This document shows positions 1-4,837 of a stretch of 6,185 nucleotides of DNA, one piece after another. The stretch's first letter is position 1; each line of letters starts with the position of its first letter. The position numbers and the translations under genes are program-made. The notes under the pieces were generated by a model that was given only the letters and a program-made list of their open reading frames with translations, had not been told where the DNA came from and searched no databases. Source of the DNA: a virus; the IMG/VR virus record IMGVR_UViG_3300045988_003412, positions 1 to 6,185 of that record. The stretch is one strand, 5' to 3'.

Positions 1-55
1 CCAGCAGGATTACGAACAGATGAATTACTAATACCATCAGTAGCACGAGCAAGAA
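1..55. repeat. Terminal direct repeat, copy 1 (identical to 6131..6185); assembly overlap of a circular genome
   Basis: Read directly: 'ccagcaggattacgaacagatgaattactaataccatcagtagcacgagcaagaa' occurs at 1-55 and again at 6131-6185 with no mismatch. The VP1 reading frame stays in phase across the implied junction: 7032-6081 = 951, which is divisible by 3. Confidence 0.97.
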
Positions 56-902
56 CAACATTAGTCGAAAGAGTTCTATCAAGAGGCTGGAGGAATGCTA
101 CTGAGCCATATTGCGAACTAGGTAACATACCCATAAAATAGTCCTTAGGATAATTCGCATAACGCAACTGAACCATATCCGTAACCAAGCCAATATTACC
201 AGTACCAGACCAATAATCTACATTATAAGCGTAGGCCTTATGCTTCTCCCATTGAGAATTCGAGAATATATCATAATAAATCTTTTGATATGTAAGCAAA
301 GGTAGCATATTGACAGTCTGAGAAGTTTGATAGACCAAGGGGTTATCAGCATCACCAAGATTGTCAACACCTAGATATTTCTTAGTAATAGCAGCCTTAC
401 CGGTATTAGTACTAGCAATCATAGAACCATAACCAAGCATATCAAGCAACTTACAAGATCCGTAGACAATAGGAAGACCTGCGTCATCACGAGTATTAGT
501 TTGATCACCAGCATTAGCCGTCTGAAGAAACATACTGAACAAACTCTGAGTAACATTAGGCACAGAAGTAAGTGCAGATGTATTGGCAGTAGAACTAGCA
601 GCACTAGTCATATAATCCGTCATCTGGGTAAATGCCTGGGGAAGCGCACGAGAAATTAGGCGTAACGGCACAGCGTAAAAATCATAATATTCCTTGATAC
701 GGGTATAAGCAGCAGTATTGACGGGGACGGTACGGGTAAACCAATCCGAGGAAATACGATACTTAGTGCCAGGGATAGCAATTTGCCAATAACAAGGTAA
801 AATTTCACCAACCTTAGCGGTGAACAATTTTTTCGAGCTCAAGTCGAAAGACGAGCGATGCGTATTAATTCTCGCTCGGTCAAGGGGATTAAAATCACTC
901 AT
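1..902 (-). CDS. VP1: Major capsid protein VP1 (phiX174 F-like jelly-roll), N-terminal 300 codons plus 2 nt; continues at 6130 on the circle
   Basis: ATG at 902-900 (forward 'cat'). I checked roughly half of this frame codon by codon (1-422 and ~600-902) and found no stop; the rest I only read through. The ORF track reports no stop-bounded ORF here, consistent with a frame that runs off the window edge. Translation starts MSDFNPLDRARINTHRSSFDLSSKKLFTAKVGEILPCYWQIAIPGTKYRISSDWFTRTVPVNTAAYTRIKEYYDFYAVPLRLI. It later includes LLTYQKIYYDIFSNSQWE and RYANYPKDYFMGMLPSSQYG. These are patterns I recognise as conserved microvirus VP1 blocks (FDLS..K..F....GEL.P; YDF..VP.RL; DYF...LP..Q.G). Confidence 0.93.
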   Translation of the reverse strand, partial: MSDFNPLDRARINTHRSSFDLSSKKLFTAKVGEILPCYWQIAIPGTKYRISSDWFTRTVPVNTAAYTRIKEYYDFYAVPLRLISRALPQAFTQMTDYMTSAASSTANTSALTSVPNVTQSLFSMFLQTANAGDQTNTRDDAGLPIVYGSCKLLDMLGYGSMIASTNTGKAAITKKYLGVDNLGDADNPLVYQTSQTVNMLPLLTYQKIYYDIFSNSQWEKHKAYAYNVDYWSGTGNIGLVTDMVQLRYANYPKDYFMGMLPSSQYGSVAFLQPLDRTLSTNVVLARATDGISNSSVRNPA

Positions 903-920
903 AATTAATTAACATTTAAA

Positions 921-2741
921 TTAAACCATACGGTTAAAAATATTATTAGCATCATTAAGCTTTTTGTGCTTAATCATATCGCGACAGAAGGTAGCAGCAC
1001 GGAAATCAAGACATTTTTGTAAGTCGCTACTTTGCCTACTATCATAGGCACTTCTTGTATCGGGTTTCGCGGATTTGATGTAATTACAAGCCGCGAGAGG
1101 TGGGATTCTGGGGTCATCAAACGGAACGTGTATCTGTTCTTTAACGGGACGAATAAATCCGTCTGCATATTCTCCGTCTTCACCGATACCAATGGTTGCC
1201 ATTTCGCACCCTTCGGCTGGTAAATAGAAATACCGAAGCATAGGGGCTGGCAGAGTCTGCTGTATTCGCAACGAATCACACATTCGTACATAATCCGCTT
1301 TCTTTTCATATTCTATGCCTGTTTTAATGATAAACCGAATACGACCGGCATAAGTACTAATATCAGAACCGAAGGAAGGCAAATGCCAATTACAGAAGAA
1401 TTTAAAGACATATAAGAACAGCCGATATAATTTATTAATATAAGATTCAATATCGACATCACTAGAACAGTTGCAGAACCTAGTAAGACACCGAGAAGCA
1501 TGTAATATAATCTTATCATCATCAGTAAGAATAGAATTAGCTTTAAGATATTGATAATAAGTACGAACAAGACTCAAGACTGAATCCTGTTTGTAGTCGA
1601 TGAATCCATATTTTGCAATTCTCTGCGGCGTTCTGTGCACAGCGCAAAGAATTCGAGCAATCGCAGTACTATCGTCATTGCGAGCAGACGAGAATCGGGG
1701 TAATAAGGTACGCATATACGACACGGGTGGAGTTGACCGAACAGTGATGCCGTTGAAATTATAGATTCTTCCGTTAACGACAGAATCGATTTTTTGCTCA
1801 ATCTGCGCATAAGAGTCCTCGTCTTCAACGAAATCACAACCTTTTTCAAAGAATCCAAGAGATGCTCTCGAGCGGGGTCTAAATGCGCGGCATGAGCGAT
1901 ATAATGAGGGAGCAGAACTAAGGCTGTTAACGTAACTCGCAACGTACGAGCTAGCTCCACCAGCGGCACGTTGGAAATCTGAACGACCGAGCTTCCAACT
2001 CTTAGCGTGACAGTATCGTAAAACCTCGGCGACTTCCTCCGAGTTTGTGAATAATAAGAGATGATAATGCGGGCGAAAATGGACGGGTCCGTACTCACCC
2101 ACAGCGTAGAAACATAATGGTTCATAAGATCCTAATTTTAAAGACAAATGTTTACGTAAGCGCTTAATATAATTCTGAACATCAACATAATTCAGGAAGG
2201 GAATAAGGTTATCACGACCGTATTGCGCAGAAGCGGGATAGTCCGTTTTGTCAACGGCTTGCGTTTTACCGATAAAACTACGAATAGCATCCATACTAAG
2301 AAACCAATTATCCCTAACAGGGACATACTCCTTAATCTCACGGTCAAACGGAACAGTGCCCTGAACCTGTTCGAAAAAAATATGACGCAGCGCGGAGTTA
2401 TCATTACATTGATACTCGGAAACAGGGATATATTTATGATATTCATTACCAAAATGAATATCTCCTGAGATGCCTACAACGTCCTCATATTCACTATGCA
2501 GGACTTTACAATTAAATAGAGGAATATGTTCGTTATCATACGTAAGCGTCACAAAATAAGAATACTTAAATGCACTTCCAGCGGTCTTCACACGCATGGA
2601 CGCCTTTTGAGCACGCTTATGAATACAATAATCACATTGACCACAATCCACGGCAATGCGTGCACCAGTGTAACGATTAGTAATAAACGAACGATGCTGA
2701 CAATGATCAGCCGCTTTCAGTAAATCAGGAGAAAATTTCAT
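921..2741 (-). CDS. VP4: Replication initiation protein VP4 (HUH rolling-circle endonuclease, phiX174 gpA-like), 606 aa
   Basis: 606-aa ORF with ATG at 2741-2739 and TAA at 923-921. N-terminal Cys cluster CGQCDYCIHKR (aa 33-43). RCR motif I FVTLTY (aa 63-68). HUH motif RPHYHLLLF (H225-Y226-H227, codons verified at 2069-2061). Two-tyrosine motif III SYVASYVNS (Y266 and Y270, TAC codons verified at 1946-1944 and 1934-1932), which closely matches the phiX174 gpA active site YVAKYVNK. Confidence 0.95.
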   Translation of the reverse strand: MKFSPDLLKAADHCQHRSFITNRYTGARIAVDCGQCDYCIHKRAQKASMRVKTAGSAFKYSYFVTLTYDNEHIPLFNCKVLHSEYEDVVGISGDIHFGNEYHKYIPVSEYQCNDNSALRHIFFEQVQGTVPFDREIKEYVPVRDNWFLSMDAIRSFIGKTQAVDKTDYPASAQYGRDNLIPFLNYVDVQNYIKRLRKHLSLKLGSYEPLCFYAVGEYGPVHFRPHYHLLLFTNSEEVAEVLRYCHAKSWKLGRSDFQRAAGGASSYVASYVNSLSSAPSLYRSCRAFRPRSRASLGFFEKGCDFVEDEDSYAQIEQKIDSVVNGRIYNFNGITVRSTPPVSYMRTLLPRFSSARNDDSTAIARILCAVHRTPQRIAKYGFIDYKQDSVLSLVRTYYQYLKANSILTDDDKIILHASRCLTRFCNCSSDVDIESYINKLYRLFLYVFKFFCNWHLPSFGSDISTYAGRIRFIIKTGIEYEKKADYVRMCDSLRIQQTLPAPMLRYFYLPAEGCEMATIGIGEDGEYADGFIRPVKEQIHVPFDDPRIPPLAACNYIKSAKPDTRSAYDSRQSSDLQKCLDFRAATFCRDMIKHKKLNDANNIFNRMV

Positions 2742-2743
2742 AA

Positions 2744-3052
2744 TTATTTACGTTTATCAATCAATTGGCGACGATTACGATTACCAAATGAAATATGAAT
2801 AAATGTAGGATATAATATCAATTGATCAAATGCATGAGTATTGTCTGAATAATCATGGATATGTTCAAGCAATCGGCTATAAGTGGTAGAACCATACGGC
2901 TTAATATCAATAGCCTCTCCAAACAAATGCTGAGAATTTGGAACACCACCGGCAGATTCGTTCTCAAGAACAGAACGCTTAGCACTTGTTATCGTAAAAT
3001 GCAAGTTAAAACATAACAAATGCTCAAGAAAATCCATAAGAGTAGTATTCAT
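2744..3052 (-). CDS. Peptidase M15-family (LAS/VanY-like zinc D-Ala-D-Ala or L-Ala-D-Glu peptidase fold) cell-wall hydrolase, 102 aa; candidate endolysin
   Basis: Sequence ITSAKRSVLENESAGGVPNSQHLFGEAIDI matches the M15 signature S-x-x-R...N...GG...S-x-H-x-x-G-x-A-x-D. H42-x6-D49 was verified as CAT at 2929-2927 and GAT at 2908-2906. A distal His lies in TFIHISF (H86, expected at 2797-2795 by arithmetic; that codon was not read back). There is no N-terminal signal peptide. Third codon positions are T-rich like the other genes. The start overlaps the upstream ORF stop (ATGA at 3052-3049), and the stop is 2 nt from the rep ATG. Confidence 0.8.
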   Translation of the reverse strand: MNTTLMDFLEHLLCFNLHFTITSAKRSVLENESAGGVPNSQHLFGEAIDIKPYGSTTYSRLLEHIHDYSDNTHAFDQLILYPTFIHISFGNRNRRQLIDKRK

Positions 3053-3132
3053 AATCCAATAGAATTAAGAATATAACCTAAAGCAGCAGACACAGCACCA
3101 ATTATGATTTTCCAAATATTACTACTTTTCAT
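3049..3132 (-). CDS. 27-aa single-pass membrane peptide (MKSSNIWKIIIGAVSAALGYILNSIGL), translationally coupled to the M15 peptidase; candidate holin-like or membrane-targeting partner
   Basis: ATG at 3132-3130 (forward 'cat' verified). Its TGA overlaps the peptidase ATG as ATGA. It has a Lys-containing N-terminus followed by a ~19-residue hydrophobic, small-residue-rich stretch. From this ATG onward the frame regains the genome-typical T-ending codons (AGT AGT AAT ATT ... GGT GCT ... TCT GCT GCT ... GGT TAT ATT CTT AAT TCT ATT). The upstream 47 codons of the 74-aa track ORF do not show this bias. Such a short ORF remains uncertain. Confidence 0.5.
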   Translation of the reverse strand: MKSSNIWKIIIGAVSAALGYILNSIGL

Positions 3133-3316
3133 TTCCTTGAGTTTTAAGTTCAACAAAATTATTTTCCTCTTCAATCGAATCCACAATAACAATAAGACCC
3201 ATCGGAGAAATTCGCTCAGAATAATTTCCAAGACCATCGAGAGAATTAACGATATAAGGCGAAATAACATCACGGCCAGTGTTTTTTTCTTTAACTGAGA
3301 TAATAAACTTTTGCAT
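3122..3316 (-). CDS. Hypothetical 64-aa acidic protein, first gene after the promoter-like region
   Basis: Internal ATG of the 84-aa track ORF at 3316-3314 (verified 'cat'). Protein: MQKFIISVKEKNTGRDVISPYIVNSLDGLGNYSERISPMGLIVIVDSIEEENNFVELKTQGNEK. The composition is not low-complexity, and third codon positions are T-rich as in the other genes. I recognise no family. Confidence 0.6.
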   Translation of the reverse strand: MQKFIISVKEKNTGRDVISPYIVNSLDGLGNYSERISPMGLIVIVDSIEEENNFVELKTQGNEK

Positions 3317-3365
3317 AATTGTAAATTTTAAAAAATTAATAATAGTTGTAACTTCTAACTGGGAG

Positions 3366-3396
3366 CAAATATACAAACTATTTTCATAATTACAAA
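3366..3396 (-). promoter_or_regulatory. Candidate Bacteroidetes-type promoter: -33 TTTG (3396-3393) and -7 TAnnTTTG (TATATTTG, 3373-3366)
   Basis: The coding strand reads ttcTTTTGtaattatgaaaatagtttgTATATTTGctccc, with 19 nt between the two elements. It lies in an extremely AT-rich stretch (9/60 GC by hand count at 3301-3360), ~50 nt upstream of the first ATG (3316). The match is to the published Bacteroides sigma-ABfr consensus as I remember it. Motif matches in AT-rich DNA arise easily by chance. Confidence 0.35.
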
Positions 3397-3462
3397 AGAA
3401 AACTATTTTTTTAGATTCTACCGTAGAGTGTGAGTTGTGCGTTTATGGACAAGGGAAAGGAG

Positions 3463-3485
3463 AAATCGAGAGGATAACTCGATTT
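3463..3485. repeat. Perfect inverted repeat / stem-loop: aaatcgag [aggataa] ctcgattt (8 bp stem, 7-nt loop)
   Basis: Paired base by base: 3463-3470 with 3485-3478. It may be enclosed by a longer-range 6-bp pairing of ttgtgc+g (3436-3441) with cgcaca (3491-3496). Confidence 0.8.
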
Positions 3486-3551
3486 TGCTTCGCACACAAC
3501 TAGGGGCTTCGCTTAATTAACAAGTGGATGCATACAAAGGTGTATAGGCAC

Positions 3552-3574
3552 GGCAAGGCAGGAACTGTCTTGCC
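3552..3574. repeat. Stem-loop: ggcaaggcag [gaa] ctgtcttgcc (10 pairs including one G-T, GAA triloop on the + strand, TTC on the coding strand)
   Basis: Paired base by base: 3552-3561 with 3574-3565. The only non-Watson-Crick pair is g3558/t3568. The apex is cagGAActg. Confidence 0.8.
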
Positions 3575-3600
3575 TTTGCGCACCTGCGTGCTAAAATACC

Positions 3601-3615
3601 GAAGCGGAACGCTTC
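3601..3615. repeat. Perfect stem-loop: gaagcg [gaa] cgcttc (6 bp, GAA triloop); an alternative extended imperfect hairpin spans ~3604-3634
   Basis: Paired base by base: 3601-3606 with 3615-3610. The apex gcgGAAcgc shares the pentamer GGAAC with the 3552-3574 hairpin. The competing fold is gcggaacgcttc / gaagtcgctccgc, with one mismatch and one bulge. Confidence 0.8.
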
Positions 3616-3650
3616 TCTAAGGAAGTCGCTCCGCTCCATATTTCGATCAG

Positions 3651-3697
3651 GCCCTACGCGGGCGGCGGGTGTATATCGCTCAAACGCCGCGATGGGC
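3651..3697. repeat. GC-rich imperfect inverted repeat just downstream of the VP2 stop (gccc ta cgcgg... / ...ccgcg at gggc; alternative perfect 6-bp register gcggcg/cgccgc)
   Basis: One register has 4 bp (3651-3654 with 3697-3694), a 2x2 internal loop, then 5 bp (3657-3661 with 3691-3687). The alternative register is 3662-3667 with 3690-3685. No U/T tract follows on the coding strand, so it is not a canonical intrinsic terminator. Confidence 0.6.
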
Positions 3698-3715
3698 TTT
3701 TAGTCCTGAAGCATG

Positions 3716-4837
3716 CTATCTACTCTTAGTACCGATTGAATTGCCAATACCTTGGAATATACGTGTACCATAATCCACAGCATTACGTAACTCATAAGAA
3801 TCAACGTCTTTCTGTTTATGCTTAGAAGACCATTTATAATAATCACGAACAGCCTTTTCTTTAGAATACTCCATATTCTTAAGAACATTCATATTCTTAG
3901 AATCCCATAATGAACCTAGACCACGAGCACGATTAGACTGAATATTTGCATAAATCAGAGAATCAGCAGTCTGAGAAGCAATCCTATTGTTAATCCGGAT
4001 ACCATTGGTTTCAGCGGCAGTCTTAACAGCTTTAGCCATTTCAGATTTATATTGAGCTTCAGTCAGAGAACCTTGTGCATACAGATTAGCAAGCGTCTGA
4101 CCTTTAATAAACAAATCAGCTTGCTGTTGCTCATCAAGATATTTATTAAGTACCTGTTGAGCTTCAGAATCAAGCAAAATTTGTGCCTCTTGGGCCGAAG
4201 TAAGACGACCTGCAAACTCCATATTCTTAAGCTCCTGATATTCCTTAGACTGATCTAGGAGCGCAGAACGTCTACCGGTAGAAGCATTCCAATAACCAGA
4301 TTGACCGACACCGATATTACGATAGTTCGTATCACCAAGAATCTGGTTAATACGATAAGGGGTAAGAGCAGCATTTTGCTCAGCGTTCATCATAGAAGCA
4401 CGAGCCTGAGCCATAGAAGCAAGAGCAGTACCAATATCAGAAAAATCAGGCCGGAAAGCTTGTAAACTAGGCATACCAGCAGCAGAAGCAGCAACACCGC
4501 CTGAAGCAGGGGACTTCGAGCCAGCCATGGCAGCAGAGCCTTGAACAAATGGATTAAGACCGCGAGAAATCATAGCATTAGGAGAGTTATAAGAATTATT
4601 CATTCCCCACATCTTTTCTTGCCAATTTCGTTGAATCTGAGCTTGCTCAGCGTTAAACGCATTATTCTCACGATTAATATCAATACTGGTCTGATTGGTC
4701 TTGTTTTGAGATGATGCACCAATAGCATTACCTGCAAGAGACGCACCGGCAGCAATGATACCACCAAGTACAAGCGGAGCAATATGCTTTTCAGAGAGCC
4801 CCATTAAGGGGCTTTCTCCAATATCATAAAATCTCAT
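3716..4837 (-). CDS. VP2: Minor capsid / DNA pilot protein VP2 (phiX174 H-like), 373 aa
   Basis: 373-aa ORF with TAG at 3718-3716. Its ATG at 4837 overlaps the upstream gene's stop as ATGA (4837-4834). It has a Gly/Ala-rich hydrophobic N-terminal segment (LVLGGIIAAGASLAGNAIGA). This is followed by NRENNAFNAEQAQIQRNWQEKMWGMNNSYNSPNAMISRGLNPFV, which resembles the conserved VP2 block (N..A..Q..FQE.M......P......AGLNP). The C-terminal half is long and Q/A/E/K-rich, looking coiled-coil. Position after VP1 and the scaffold-like gene is as expected. Confidence 0.85.
   Translation of the reverse strand: MRFYDIGESPLMGLSEKHIAPLVLGGIIAAGASLAGNAIGASSQNKTNQTSIDINRENNAFNAEQAQIQRNWQEKMWGMNNSYNSPNAMISRGLNPFVQGSAAMAGSKSPASGGVAASAAGMPSLQAFRPDFSDIGTALASMAQARASMMNAEQNAALTPYRINQILGDTNYRNIGVGQSGYWNASTGRRSALLDQSKEYQELKNMEFAGRLTSAQEAQILLDSEAQQVLNKYLDEQQQADLFIKGQTLANLYAQGSLTEAQYKSEMAKAVKTAAETNGIRINNRIASQTADSLIYANIQSNRARGLGSLWDSKNMNVLKNMEYSKEKAVRDYYKWSSKHKQKDVDSYELRNAVDYGTRIFQGIGNSIGTKSR

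Larger units (their letters stand above)
3421..3715 (-). other. GC-rich, hairpin-dense non-coding spacer; candidate complementary-strand origin, terminator or attachment region
   Basis: It has no ORF of 60 aa or more on either strand. Hand-counted GC is 34/60 (57%) at 3601-3660 and 25/40 (62%) at 3661-3700, against 15% at 3301-3360 and an AT-rich coding remainder. It contains at least four clear inverted repeats, listed separately. It is the only long intergenic region in the genome. Confidence 0.7.

Noticed and set aside
419-604. 61-aa Leu-rich ORF on the minus strand
   Set aside because: It is out of frame within VP1 (902-604 is not a multiple of 3) and is a low-complexity hydrophobic translation of the capsid gene, so it is treated as spurious.
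905-912. TTAATTAA palindromes (905-912 and 3513-3520)
   Set aside because: Short AT-only palindromes are expected by chance in AT-rich junctions. They show no extended symmetry or repeated context.
3049-3273. 74-aa ORF that looks like a two-TM, class-II-holin-sized protein directly upstream of the peptidase
   Set aside because: The first 47 codons begin at GTG/ATG inside the 64-aa ORF in another frame, are low-complexity Leu/Ile-rich, and end mostly in A or G, unlike the T-ending bias of real genes here. The bias returns only from the ATG at 3132. I kept the 27-aa version and flagged the longer form as an alternative.
3281-3295. A7/T7 homopolymer (gtgtttttttcttt) inside the 64-aa ORF as a possible programmed slippage site
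   Set aside because: This is a single short homopolymer with no downstream stimulatory structure. The -1/+1 frames do not open into a convincing extended product apart from the rejected 74-aa frame.
3122-3376. 84-aa extended version of the 64-aa ORF
   Set aside because: Its start at 3376 is a TTG (forward 'caa') lying just upstream of, and running across, the candidate -7 promoter box, in ~15%-GC DNA. The added 20 residues (MYICSQLEVTTIINFLKFTI) look like translated AT-rich spacer. The ATG at 3316 is preferred.
3636-3660. tRNA-like T-loop resemblance (tTTCGATCa) in the spacer
   Set aside because: Flanking bases do not form a 5-bp T-stem, and I could not build an acceptor, D or anticodon cloverleaf on either strand. 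It is not a tRNA.
3661-3685. TGTATA hexamer identical to the E. coli dif central spacer, as a possible XerC/D site
   Set aside because: The flanking 11-nt arms (gggcggcgggt / tcgctcaaacg) show no dyad symmetry and no resemblance to dif arms as I remember them. A hexamer match alone is not meaningful. The att hypothesis is kept only at the level of the whole spacer.
3700-3888. 62-aa minus-strand ORF overlapping the VP2 3' end (and the similar 60-aa ORF at 4600-4782)
   Set aside because: These are off-frame ORFs nested in VP2 with low-complexity hydrophobic translations and no independent support.
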